Source: Gemmatimonadales bacterium (GTDB lineage Bacteria > Gemmatimonadota > Gemmatimonadetes > Gemmatimonadales > GWC2-71-9). From it: a stretch of DNA of 64,000 bases. Location: contig OZ252244.1 of assembly GCA_965249575.1 (NCBI GenBank), positions 3,616,001 through 3,680,000 of the forward strand. Reading direction: 5' to 3'. Below, piece by piece: positions 1 to 11,821 of the stretch (positions within the stretch are counted from its first letter, which is position 1; each line of letters opens with the position of its first letter). Both the position numbers and the translations under genes were made by a program. Under the pieces are notes generated by a model. The model ran no database searches and was not told where the DNA came from. It saw only the letters and a list, made by a program, of their open reading frames with translations.

Positions 1-90
1 ACTCGCGGAACTGCAATGACCCTCGATGCCGCGACAAATTTCGGGCTTTACAGCACCCGCCACAGCATTTCCGCATGGGGGTTGTGAACC

Positions 91-3000
91 ATGTCCGGCC
101 ACACCGAACGCGATTTCGAGACGGCGATTGAAGCCGGGCTCACTGGCTCCGGAGGGTTCGAGAAGCGGAGCCCAAACGCCTTTGACGAAGCGCTCGCCCT
201 CTTCCCCGACGATGTTTCCGGCTTTCTGAAGAACAGCCAACCCGCAAAATGGGAGGCGCTGGAGGCGCTTCTCGGACCGAAGACCGCCACAACGGTGCTA
301 GACAACCTGTCGAAGGAGCTGGAGCTCAAGGGCACACTCCACGTCCTGCGTCATGGATTCGAGTGCTACGGCAAGACGTTTCGCATGGCCTATTTCCGGG
401 CGAACACCAGTATGAACCCCGAGGCGGCCGAGAACTATGCCCGGAACCGGCTGACGATTACGCGCCAGGTCGCCTTCACCTCGGTCCTGAAGAAAGCGGA
501 CGGCAAGAATCGCCGCTGCATCATCGACGTGACCCTGGCGGTCAACGGCATTCCCGTCGTCACCGCTGAGCTGAAGAACCCGCTGACCGGACAGCGCGCC
601 CCCGATGCGATGCGCCAGTACGAGAACGAGCGGGACGAGCGCGATCTTCTCTTCGCTTTCAAGAAGCGCACGCTTGTCAACTTCGCGGTGGACCCGGACG
701 AGGTGTGGATGACGACCCGGCTGAGGGGCAAGGAGACCGACTTCCTGCCCTTCAACCGCGGCAACAACCACGGGGCAGGCAACCGGCCGGTGGAGGGGAA
801 CTGGAAGAGCCATTACCTGTGGGACGAGGTGCTACAGGCCGACAGCCTGTTGGAAATTCTGCAACGCTTCATGCACCTCGAAGTGAAGGAGAAGCAGCTC
901 AGAACCGAAAAGGGCGTGCGCACCGTGCGAAAGGAGACGATGATCTTTCCGCGCTACCACCAGCTCGACGCGGTTCGGAAACTCGTCGCGCACGCCAGGG
1001 TCAACGGCGCGGGCCGGAACTACCTGATCCAGCATTCGGCCGGTTCCGGCAAATCGAACTCGATTGCATGGCTCGCGCACCGGCTGTCCAGCCTGCATGA
1101 CGAGCGCGACGAAAAGGTGTTTCACTCCGTCGTCGTCGTGACCGACCGGCGCGTGCTCGATCAGCAGTTGCAGGCGACGATCTACCAGTTCGAGCACAAG
1201 ACTGGCGTGGTCGAGAAGATTGACGAGGACACCCAACAGCTTGCACGAGCGCTGTCCCAGGGTACGCCCATTGTTATCACGACCATCCAGAAGTTTCCCT
1301 TCATCTCGCAGGCGCTCTCGACTCTTGAGAAGAGAGGCTCCGATGTGAAGATCGACACGGCGGGAAAGCGGTTCGCCGTCATCGTGGATGAGGCGCACTC
1401 GTCCCAGAGCGGAGAGACTGCGACCACTCTTAGGGGCATGCTGAACAAGGCAGGGATAGAAGCGGCCATTGCCGCCCAGCTATCCGACGAAGAGGACGAT
1501 GATCTCTCCGATGACGCGAAGGCGGCGGTTCTGCGCGATGCGCTGCAACGCACCCGGCAGCCGAATCTTAGTTTCTTTGCCTTCACGGCCACCCCGAAAT
1601 TTAAGACGAAGGCCCTGTTCGACGAAACTGGCCCGTCGGGCGCTTCGCCCTTCCATGAGTAGACCATGCGGCAAGCCATCGAGGAAGGGTTCGTCATGGA
1701 TGTGCTTCAGAACTACACCACCTACAAACGCTTCTTCGGCCTGATCAAACAGATCGAAGACGATCCGGATGTGCCGCGCAGGAAAGCCGCGAAGGTCCTT
1801 ACGCGCTACCTGGAGCTTCATCCCGTCAACATCGAGCAGGTGGTCTCCGTCATCGTGGAGCATTTTCGGCTCTATGTGATGCACGAACTCGGCGGGCGCG
1901 CGAAGGCCATGGTTGTCACAGGCTCCCGCCTTGCCGCCGTGAAATACAAGCTTGCTTTTGATCGCTACATCAAGGAGAGGGGCTATACCGGCATCCGTTC
2001 GCTGGTGGCTTTCTCGGGTCGAGGACCCGGACGACCCTGGCTCGTCCTACACCGAGGTGGCGATGAATGATGGTCTTGTCGAAAGCGAACTCCCCGAGAC
2101 CTTCGGGCGCGACGACTACCGAGTTCTTCTCGTCGCAGAGAAGTATCAGACCGGCTTCGATCAGCCCTTGTTGCAGACAATGTATGTAGTGAAGCGCCTG
2201 GCCGGTGTTCAGGCGGTTCAGACCCTCTCAAGGCTCAACCGCATCGCACCCGGGAAATCGCGCACCTTCGTCCTCGATTTCGCCAACGAGGAAGATGACA
2301 TCTACAAGGCGTTCAAACCCTACTACGAGGCGACGCCTGTCGGAGAGAATGCCGGTCCGCATCGCCTGTCGGAGCTGCAACACCGCCTGCTTGAATGGGC
2401 GATCTTCACGCCGGCCGATGTGACCAAGTTCGCCGAAGTTTGGTATCGCACCAAGCGCGACCACTCGGCGACCGATCATCACCTGATGAACGCCGTCCTC
2501 GATCCTGTCGTTCAGCGCTTCCAGGATCGCGAGGAGGATGAGCAAGAGGAGTTTCGGGGGCAGTTGACGGCCTATCGAAACCTCTACGCCTTCCTGTCAC
2601 AGATCATCCCCTATCAGGACACCGATCTTGAGCGCCTTTACGCCTTCGTGAGGAATCTGCTGGCGAAACTCCCGCCGCCGGGCGATGGCCAAGCCTTCGT
2701 TCTGGACGATGAGGTGGCGCTGCAGTTCTTCCGGATTCAGCAGATATTTGAGGGCTCTATCGACCTCTTGGAGGGCGAGGCCGATCCCCTGAAGGGGCCG
2801 ACCAATGTCGGCACGGGCCGTGCCAAGGACGAGGAGGTGACGCTTTCGAGCTTGATTGATCGCCTCAATGAGCGTTTCGGCATCGACTTCACCGAGGCGG
2901 ATCAGTTGTTCTTTGACCAGATACGGGCTTCGGCGGAGAACAACGAGGACATTGCAGAGGCGGCTCGCGCCAACAGCTTCAAAGATTTCGCCTCTTATCT

Positions 3001-3157
3001 GGATCGCATGTTAGACGACTTATTCATCGCGCGAATGGAAGGCAATGAAAAGATCTTCTCCAGGGTGATGACGGACACCGAGTTTCGGTCGGCTGCACAC
3101 GAACATCTTGCCGAAGAGATCTTTCGTCGGGTTCGCGAGCAGCAAGACGCGGAATGA
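91..3157 (+). pseudogene. hsdR: Type I restriction-modification system restriction subunit R, interrupted
   Basis: Nuclease motif DVTLAVNGIPVVTAELKN, Walker A QHSAGSGKS, IVDEAHSSQ, FTATP, TGFDQP. In-frame TAG at 1660-1662 where FHxYxMRQAIEEG expects Tyr. Frameshift near 2015 joins ORFs 1666..2070 and 1952..3157. Confidence 0.93.
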
Positions 3158-3280
3158 TTGTTGTCTAGCGAGTCGCAGATCCGTTCAATCTCTACTCCGT
3201 AGACGAAAACGTGCGATCCGAGTCTCAGGCCCAAGAGGTGACATTGAAGGGTCCACTGCATTTCGGGAGGGTTCCATATG

Positions 3281-3314
3281 GGAAATCCCGGCTAAAACAC
3301 TCTCCGGGATTTCC
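3281..3314. repeat. Perfect 11-bp inverted repeat (hairpin)
   Basis: GGAAATCCCGG-N12-CCGGGATTTCC between hsdR and the SRAP remnant. Confidence 0.7.
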
Positions 3315-3469
3315 GGGGCGGTTCAGTGCTTACACCGCCTTCACGTTTAACCCCGGATGCCTTATGGTATGAGGAAGACAGCGTCCTATTACTGCAGGCA
3401 AATAGACAACAATGCCCACCAAGCCAAGGAAGATCGAAACCATCCCCTCCTCCCTCTCTCCGGAGTTGG

Positions 3470-3934
3470 CCCAACAGCTGCGGCCCGCCTCATCAACGCC
3501 CGGGCGGAAACCGTACATACGAAGCCGTCATTCGGGGTCGCATTCCGCTCACGCCGGTGCCTGGTCCCGGCCAACGGGTGGTTCGAGCGGCAACGGCTCG
3601 GGGGTGGGAAGCAGCCCTACTACCTGGCGCTCGCCGACGGCTCACCGCTGTCGTTCGCTGCTCTTTGGGAGCGCTGGGGCGGGGAAGGTGAGTCCGTGGA
3701 GTCCTTCACCATCATCACGACGACGGCCGCGCCGCAGCTAGCCGACATCCACCACCGGCAGCCTGCGATCATCAGCTCCGAGCGGTTCGACGATTGGCTC
3801 GACCCGACATCGCCGGTACCGAGGCTCCTTGAGCTGCTGCGCGAACCCTGTATCGCCCGTACGAGAGGCGCGCCGTCAGCACGAGGGTGAACAACGTCCA
3901 GAACGACGACTCGGATATCCTGGTCGCGGCCTGA
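3470..3934 (+). pseudogene. SOS response-associated peptidase (SRAP/YedK-like), 5'-truncated and frameshifted
   Basis: RLINARAETV, RRCLVPANGWFE, SFTIIT, IHHRQPAI. The N-terminal MCGR catalytic segment is absent. The C-terminus (VSTRVNNVQND) continues in another frame to TGA 3932-3934. Confidence 0.85.
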
Positions 3935-3986
3935 GAGGGGGCGGAAATGTGCTTGACAACGCTTCCGCCTCGATTTTGCTGGATCG

Positions 3987-4026
3987 GAAAAAGCGAAATC
4001 GGCGACAATCGGGTTTCCGCTTTTTC
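3987..4026. terminator. Possible bidirectional terminator-like hairpin
   Basis: GAAAAAGCG(3987-3995)...CGCTTTTTC(4018-4026), downstream of the SRAP remnant. Confidence 0.4.
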
Positions 4027-4162
4027 GCCAGGGTCCGAATTCCATAAATCACTGTAATATAGGGGTTTATTCTCCAGAGCCAAACGGTGAGTGGTTATGA
4101 AGAGGGTTGCGCAAGGGGAGCCATTTTTTCGGGCGCCAACTTAGGCGACTCGTTAGTTAACG

Positions 4163-4196
4163 CGAAGCCCCGGAGGGTCACCCCTTCGGGGCTTCG
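4163..4196 (+). terminator. Strong hairpin, terminator-like
   Basis: CGAAGCCCCGGAGGG-TCAC-CCCTTCGGGGCTTCG, a 15-bp stem with one G-U pair; a T-rich tract follows shortly after. Confidence 0.5.
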
Positions 4197-4690
4197 TCGT
4201 ATCTGCTACTTTTTCAAGGAATTACGCCCGTTCGCAAATTCAACGTGGGGACCGCACGGCCTTCGATCAGGCGGTGGCGGACGCCTTCAACTTGATGGCA
4301 GAACCGGACACTGAATCCGGGCTGCATCAAACGACGCGGATCGGCGTCCACTCGCCTTATGCAGGCTTCCGTTTTCCCTTCTTTCTTTGATGATGCCACT
4401 CGAGTCGGATGACTTCGATCACGTCGTCGATGGTCTTGTGAGTCGAACGGACGAGCCGCACCTCCCGTTTGGCGCCCACACGCAATCTCCGCACGTCGCG
4501 CGCCGAAGGAGTGCTGGCAGACCGGAAGTTGGCCTTCATTGTCATTGGCGGAAGACGTCGCGCTGGTCGGGCGCCGCAAACTTCGCCTCCGCCGGCCTCT
4601 CGACGGCACTCTGTGCTGGTTCCGGGTCGCCCACTTGCTCGCTCCCAGCGACGACGGGGATAAAGGGTCTTGCTCATTGATAAGCGGCGT

Positions 4691-4696
4691 TATAAT
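4691..4696 (+). promoter_or_regulatory. Candidate sigma70 -10 element for the beta-barrel gene
   Basis: Perfect TATAAT 24 nt upstream of ATG 4721, with a GAGGGG RBS between; -35 is not convincing. Confidence 0.4.
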
Positions 4697-4720
4697 AGAA
4701 CAGTAAAGAGGGGTGGCATC

Positions 4721-5680
4721 ATGAAAAAACTCTTGCTCGTGCTCATGGTGAGCGCTCTGGTGATCTCCTCCGGCCCGGTGTTGGCCCAGGACGGCTGGTA
4801 CATGGGGATGGAACTAGGGGTTGCGGTGGCGCCGGGAATGGACGTAAAGACCGGGGGGTTGGATGATTGGGTATCGAGTGCGGATGAGGCGCATTCAGCG
4901 ATCCGATGCGACAAGACCATAAACCCGGACGGTTTTCAGGTAGAAAAAGGAGCGTGTGGCAATGCCCCTTCGGCTTGGGGGCCCATGGACGAGTCGTTCG
5001 ATGGCGGCAGGGGGATCCTGGCTGGGTTGGCCTTGGGATATCGCAGGGGAAACTTCAGGGTCGAGGGCGAATATTTCTATCGCAGCGCAACCCATGACGG
5101 CACGGATGTCCCCTATGATTCCGCAGCAAATTATGACCCCGGCGCGGATCCGGGATTCCAGACCGTCATGGATGGAGTCGATGCCGTGCTGTCGCACAAC
5201 GTTTTTGCCAACTTGCACTACGACTTTCGCTCCGATTCGAAGTTTACGCCGTCTCTGGGGATTGGAGTCGGCTTTGCGAAAGTCTCGCTTGCGTACCGGA
5301 CCTTCTGGCGCCGGACGAATGACCCCGAGAACGTCACGGTATTCGATACTGAGGGGGTGATTGGTGACGAGCTGGCGAAGGCCCAGGCGTTAAACCGGGA
5401 AATTGCCGGCACGATCACCGCGGACAGAGCGAAATTGTCGGATCTGCTGCTCGGCTACCAGGCGGTGGCGGGCCTGGATTATCAGGTCAGCGATCGGGTC
5501 ACCATCGGGCTCAAGTTCCGATGGGCGAGTTTCGGCGAATTCGATGACGAGTCGGCATATGATTCTCTCCGCGATCATGCGTCGGTGGCCGGTAACCCGC
5601 CGGTCCCCGTTACCTACTATGTCAAGACGGATGACATTCAGTTCTGGGGAATCAGCCTCAACATGAAGTATCACTTCTGA
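4721..5680 (+). CDS. Outer-membrane beta-barrel protein (opacity/OmpW/P44-like)
   Basis: Signal peptide MKKLLLVLMVSALVISSGPVLA, strands GWYMGMELG, FRVEGEYFYR, FTPSLGIGVG, YQAVAGLDY, C-terminal KYHF. Confidence 0.8.
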   Translation: MKKLLLVLMVSALVISSGPVLAQDGWYMGMELGVAVAPGMDVKTGGLDDWVSSADEAHSAIRCDKTINPDGFQVEKGACGNAPSAWGPMDESFDGGRGILAGLALGYRRGNFRVEGEYFYRSATHDGTDVPYDSAANYDPGADPGFQTVMDGVDAVLSHNVFANLHYDFRSDSKFTPSLGIGVGFAKVSLAYRTFWRRTNDPENVTVFDTEGVIGDELAKAQALNREIAGTITADRAKLSDLLLGYQAVAGLDYQVSDRVTIGLKFRWASFGEFDDESAYDSLRDHASVAGNPPVPVTYYVKTDDIQFWGISLNMKYHF

Positions 5681-6212
5681 CCGGCAGCTAATGGAGTCAT
5701 CAGGGTCCGAGAGTCTGTCAGATCGGTGTCTCGCGGGGGAAGAGTGATTGGTCACGCCTCCCCCGCAACGAAAATCTCCCTATCGCCGGACCGAGCAGGT
5801 TTCGGCACGTGGAGCGACGAAAGGATGCCAACTGCAGTAAGATATTAGGCAGGCCCGAGTCGAAGGCTGCTGGCACGGCCCGACTGGCGAGCAGTAGAGA
5901 CTAAATATCGGCGGGAGAGGCGAACATGGCTGACGGCACATCCCACTTCGGCGCGGTCCATACGAATAACAGCCAAAGCTCCAAATACTCGGCGCCATGT
6001 CGAGCCGGCGCAGGCGGAAAGGCGATTGCCAGGAGAACTATTTCACGGCCGAAAATCATCGGCGCAATCTCGCCGCCGCCCATTCGCTCATTCGAGACCT
6101 TCCGGCCAGGGTCGAGACTCGATGCCTCAGTATCGGTCCTGATCCATCAGGGTGGAGTAAATACCTGGTTCCGACAATTATGATGTACTGAAACGTCGAA
6201 GGGAACCTTTTT

Positions 6213-9200
6213 ATGTCCAGATCAAGACGTCAAGTTCATGCCATTGATTTGTCGTACCCGCCTCGCATGAGCCAGTCGACCCGACTGAGGCCGGATGCCG
6301 AAGCGGGCCAGTCCCACTCGGCGGCCCACAGGGACGGCTCTCTCGCTCCTAATCCACCGGCGGGGCTTGTTCCCAAAGACCATCCCACCAAGCGCAGCCG
6401 TCGCGGCTCGGGGGGCGTTCGCGTGTTGGCCGCCGTCGCGTGTTTGGCCTGGCTGGCCTGGCCGACCGAGGCTTTCGCGCTGCAGGTGACGCTGAACGTG
6501 GACGCCGTTGCGGGCGACAACAAGATCAACCGGTCGGAGCACAGGAACGGCATCGCCGTGAGCGGCAACACGGGTACGGAAAGCGGCGTGACTGTCGAGG
6601 TGACCATCGGCGGCACACCGTTGACGAGCGTGACCTCCGCGATGAACGCGATGTGGTCGGTGAACGTGGAGCGCAGTGCGGACTACATTACCGAAACGAG
6701 CGTGGAGCTTTCCGTGACGGCCACCAAGATCGGGTTTATCAGTGCGACGGTTACGCGGACGCTGCCGGTGGATTTGACGCCGCCGAGTGTGAGTTACACG
6801 GCGCCATCGAATCTCACGGTGGGCGTTTTGATCACGCCGATAGCTCCGACCACGAGCGATACGGATATCGTCTCCTACGCCACTAGCGGCGGTTCCCTGC
6901 CGCTGGGACTGGGGTTGAGTGGCAATACAGGTATTATCAGCGGCTCGCCGAGGACGGCCAACACCAACACGCAGACGGTGGGGGTGCTGGTCACCGACGA
7001 CGCCGGCAACGTGAATCGGCCGCAGATTACATTCCCGGCGGTTGAGCTCGCATCCGGCGTAATGGTTTCGGAGACGGAACTGACGGTGCCCGAAGGCGGC
7101 TCGGCGAGCTACACGGTGAGGCTCCTCGCCCAGCCGACGGATGATGTCACGATCACGGTGGAGCGGGCGAGCGGCGATGAGGATCTGACGGCGAGCCCGG
7201 ATACGCTGACCTTCACGAACTCGAACTGGAGTGTGCAGCAGACGGTGACGGTCTCGGCGGCGGAAGATGACGACGGCGCGGCCGGCACTGCCCAGTTTGG
7301 CCATAAGGTGATCAGCCCCGGCACCGTCTATCACGGCGTTTCGACCCCTGGCCTCAGAGCAACCGAGGATGACAACGACACGATCGGCGTGATCGTCTCG
7401 CCGACGGCACTGTCGGTGCCGGAAGGCGGCTCGGCGACCTACACGGTGAGGCTCGGCACCAAGCCACCGGACGATGATGTCACGGTCGAGGCAACCCGGG
7501 ACCAACTGAGTGACGCCGACCTGACGGTGACCTCGGTAACGGATATGGATGCGGACTTTAATTCGGTTACGTTGTTATTCACGGACTTGAACTGGCATAC
7601 GGAGCAGACGGTGACGGTCTCGGCGGCCGAGGACGACGACCAGGTGGATGGCGTCGCGATCTTCAGCCACGGCGTGTCGGGCAACGACGAGAACTACACC
7701 AACGACGAAATCACAATCGATCCGGTCACGGCGACCGAGGCCGACAACGAAAAGGTAGTGACGGTCGTGATTCAAACGGAGGTGTCAGCTCCGGTGCGCG
7801 GCGTGTTCGAGGTGACGATCATCTTTAGCGAGGCGGTGATGGGTTTCGAGCGGAGCGAGATCGCGGTGACGAATGGTTCGGTGACCGACTTCAGTGGGTC
7901 GGCGCCGACCTATAAGGCAGAGATCACTCCCTCGAAGAGCGGTGAAGTGATCGTGGAGGTTGGGGCGAATGTGCTCGAATACGGGGTCGGCAACGGCAAT
8001 ATAGCGGGCGCGCCTCTGGTGCTCGAGGCGGATCTGTATCCGGTGGTGAGCTATCAGGAGGAGAGCTACACGGCGAGGGAAGGTGGAGAGACGGTGACGG
8101 TGACGGTGAAGCTGAGCGAGGGCTGGGACGAGGAGCTAGCGATCCCGATCCGGGTGACGCGGCCGCAACCAGAGTCGACGGAAGTCGACGACTATACGGT
8201 CGACGGGTTGGAGGAGTGGGATGCCCAGGAGGGCACAGGCAAGCTCACCTTCTCAGCCGGCGAAACGGAACAGACGTTCACGATTGCGGCCAACGATGAC
8301 GGGGACGGGGAAGACGAAGAGCTGGAGCTGGGATTTGGGGACTTGCCGACGCCGGTGATGGCGGGGGCCCCGGTCGTGGCGACGGTGACGCTCAAGGACA
8401 AGGGTTTGGTGGTGAGCTACCAGGAGGAGAGCTACACGGCGAGGGAAGGTGGAGAGACGGTGACGGTGACGGTGAAGCTGAGCGAGGGCTGGGACGAGGA
8501 GCTAGCGATCCCGATCCGGGTGACGCGGCCGCAACCAGAGTCGACGGAAGTCGACGACTATACGGTCGACGGGTTGGAGGAGTGGGATGCCCAGGAGGGC
8601 ACAGGCAAGCTCACCTTCTCAGCCGGCGAAACGGAACAGACGTTCACGATTGCGGCCAACGATGACGGGGACGGGGAAGACGAAGAGCTGGAGCTGGGAT
8701 TTGGGGACTTGCCGACGCCGGTGATGGCGGGGGCCCCGGTCGTGGCGACGGTGACGCTCAAGGACAAGGGTTTGGTGGTGAGCTACCAGGAGGAGAGCTA
8801 TACGGCGCTCGAGGGAGGAGAGGCTGCGACAGTAACGGTGAAGCTGAGCTTCGGCTGGGACGAGGAGCTAGCGATCTCGATCCGGGTGACGCGGCCGCAA
8901 CCAGAGTCGACGGAAGTTGCGGACTATACGGTCGACGGGTTAGAGGTGTGGGATGCCCAGGAGGGCACAGGCAAGCTCACCTTCCCAGCCGACGAAACGG
9001 AACAGACCTTCACGATAGCAGCCAACCATGACGCGGACGGGGAAGACGAAGAGCTGGAGCTGGGATTTGGGGACTTGCCGACGCCGGTGATGGCGGGGGC
9101 CCCGGCCGTGGCGACGGTAACGCTCGAGGACAAGATGGTGGAGCTCACGGTGAGCTTTGGGCAGGCGGAGTACGAGATTAGGGAAGGTCAGGAGGCGGAC

Positions 9201-11821
9201 ATCGAGGTGGAGGTATCGCCAGCGGCGGACCGAAGGGTGGAAGTGCTCCTGGTGGTGGCGCTCCAAGGAGGGGCTACGGACGAGGACTACAGCGGAGTGC
9301 CGGCGAAGCTGGTGATTGAGGAGGGCGAGAGTCAGGCGACGATTGCCATAAAGGTGCTGGCGGATGAAGTGAACGATCCTGGGGAAGGGATGGTGCTGAG
9401 CTTTGGCGAGCTGCCGGTGGGGGTGATTTCGGGCGATCCGTCCTCGACCCAGGTGCATTTCACGCAGCAGCGCACGGCGGAGCAGTTCTCGCAAACACTG
9501 GAGGTGATGCTGGCGGTGTTGGCGCGGTCGACGGCCGCGAGCGCGCAGTCAGCCATTCAGGGTCGCTTCGAACGGCATCGTCAGTGGAGTCGGTTGGGGT
9601 CGTCAGGTGGGGTGCAGGGGTCGGGGACGAGCGAGGCGGCGAGAGTAGACGTGACCGAGCCAACGCAGGGATCGCGGCTGCGGAGTTTCTCGCTGGGTTC
9701 GTTAGGGAGCACCGCACGCTCCGGCCAATCGCACGTGGGCGCCTCACCTAGCTACGGCAAGGACCTAAGCGGGAGCGTCTACGGTCAGGATCGACTGTAT
9801 GGTTCTGGGATCGGCGACGCGCCGCTAGGACCGGGCTCGACTGACCTCTCAGGGACGAGGGATCAAGGGTTCAGTCTTGCGGGGACCTCCTTCGAGATGG
9901 CTCTGGGCAAGCAGGAGCAGGGCAATAGCACGAGCTGGGTGCCGGTGTTGTGGGGTCGGGGGGATCTGCAGCACTTCAACGGAGACCTGGATCGGCTTGG
10001 CATGAACTATCGCGGCCGCCTCGAGGCCGCGCACGTCGGGCTTGATCTCTATGCCAACGACAAGATGCTCGCCGGGCTGTCGTTCATGCGCAGTTGGGGG
10101 GACATGGACTACACCGACGATGGTATAGATGGGGTGCTAGAGAGTCGCATGAACACGGTTCACCCGTATCTGTATTGGCAGCCGACCGAACGGGTGAGCA
10201 TGTGGGCCTTGGGAGGCATGGGTTGGGGCGAAGTGGAGGTCAAAGAGCCGGGCCGGAGTCACGACTTCGATGCCGACTTTCGGATGCTCGGTGGAGGCGT
10301 GAGGGCGATGCTGTGCCGGTGGCCCTGCAATGAGTTGGCTCTGCGAGCCGACGTCTTCACGGCGCAACTGAGGACCGATGCCACCGACGACATCGCCAAG
10401 GTGAGCGGTAAAGCCTACCGGGGACGGTTGATGCTCGAGTGGGTGCACGACCTGCCGATGTCAGCGGGGCGATCACTGGGCCTGCAGCTGGAGGCCGGCG
10501 GACGTATCGACGGGGGCGATGCGGATCGCGGCGCCGGCGTGGAAACGGGTCTTCGTCTGGGGTACCTGGATGCGAACCATGGACTGGACGTGGCGCTGCA
10601 CGGCCGGACGCTAGTGGTGCATGAAAGCGACTACCGGGATTGGGGGTTGGGCGTACAGGCGAGCTGGGACCCGGGCGAGAAGCAGCGCGGGTTCAGGGCG
10701 TCGGTGATGTCCACGTGGGGCCGGGACGGAGGAGGCCGGACGACGCTGTGGGACAACGCCGATGTTGTCATGCGCCCAACGGGGATGGGAGCCATGAGTA
10801 TGGCCTCCCAGTACCGGATGGAAAGCGAGGTGGCCTACGCCGGCCTGACGGCGCCAGGCGTACCGGGTCTGCTGACGCCCTATAGCCGGCTGCGATGGGC
10901 CGGACCGGGGCGGGAGCTGGCCTTGGGGACCGCTTGGAGCTTGTCCGCCGCCCTGCCCGCGATGTTGGAATTGGAAGCCATGAGACGCGAAACCAGAACG
11001 GGTCCGGCCGATCTGGGGATGTCGCTGCGCGTGTCGATCCCCTTGGGCGGCACGCGGGATGTCATCCCCAGCCGGGGCCACGTTTCCGCCCAGGCGCCCG
11101 CTCCGAAATTGATTCCGCGCGAGGTTGCCGAATCTGGCGCCGACGAGCAGCGGGCCAGCGCCGCGGCTACACAACCACCCGCCGAGCCAGTCAGCGCCCC
11201 CCAACAGGATGCGAATCCACCACCCGAACCCGCGACGCCCGAGTCGGCCTCGCCTGCTTCGCAGCCCGCGCAAGCTTCGGCCCAGCCGCAAGGCGCGGCA
11301 CCTGCACCAACAACCACTGCACCGGCCAAAGGACACGAGCGCGTCGTCAATGTCCAGCCGACGCCACAGCCACGTGCAAGAACGACCCCGCAGCCCCGGT
11401 CCGCGGCATCCCCGACGCAAACCGGCGAGTTGCAAGCCCAGGTGACATTGCCGCAGCTCGACCTTCGTCGCCAATCACCGCCTGCCGTGACCCCTCCCGA
11501 CGCACCGGCCCCCACGGTTTTGCCAAGCGGGGGCATCCTCGTTCAAGTGGGCGCTTTTCGGAGTGCCGAGAGGGCTGCCCGTTCACCGACGAGTTACGGC
11601 AACAGGGTCATGCCGCGATCACGATCGGCGGCAACGACTATCACCGCGTCGTCGTCGGGCCATTCCCTAACCGGCGCGACGGTGCCAGCGCCCAATCACA
11701 GCTAGAACAACAAGGCTACCAGGGATACCTTCGAGTTGACGTGGGGCACCGGTTGGAGTCTGCCCGCTCGCTTTCAGCTGCCCCTGCTCGACCTTTTCGT
11801 CCAACTCGGGAGTTGCGATGA
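6213..11821 (+). CDS. Giant surface protein: Ig-like/He_PIG/Calx-beta-like repeats, autotransporter-like barrel, Pro-rich linker, SPOR domain (frameshift near 11580)
   Basis: Signal-like VLAAVACLAWLAWPTEAFA, VAGDNKIN Ig-like domain, LPLGLGLSGNTGIISGSP, repeated VPEGGSAxYTVRL and EGGExxTVTV domains, barrel strands about 9940-11045. SPOR begins VQVGAFRS and continues in the 10895..11821 frame (HRVVVGPF). Start codon is uncertain. Confidence 0.75.
8042..9134 (+). repeat. Three tandem 366-bp (122-aa) intragenic repeats
   Basis: Units start at 8042, 8408 and 8774. Units 1 and 2 are nearly identical, unit 3 is diverged. The same minus-strand shadow ORF recurs 366 nt apart. Confidence 0.95.

Noticed and set aside
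4357..4680. Short ORFs between the hairpin and the beta-barrel gene
   Set aside because: No recognisable motif or consistent start; at most an unidentifiable remnant.
5700..6200. Small ORFs upstream of the giant surface protein
   Set aside because: No RBS or motif support; treated as intergenic or degraded DNA.
6222..7505. Long antisense and alternate-frame ORFs (also 22446..23561, 30208..31302, 37766..38980, 57555..58871)
   Set aside because: Shadow ORFs expected in high-GC DNA overlapping well-supported genes; no family motifs.
8042..9134. Repeats as a DGR template/variable pair or a CRISPR array
   Set aside because: They are in-frame coding tandem units with no spacers, the differences are not adenine-specific, and there is no reverse transcriptase or cas gene in the window.
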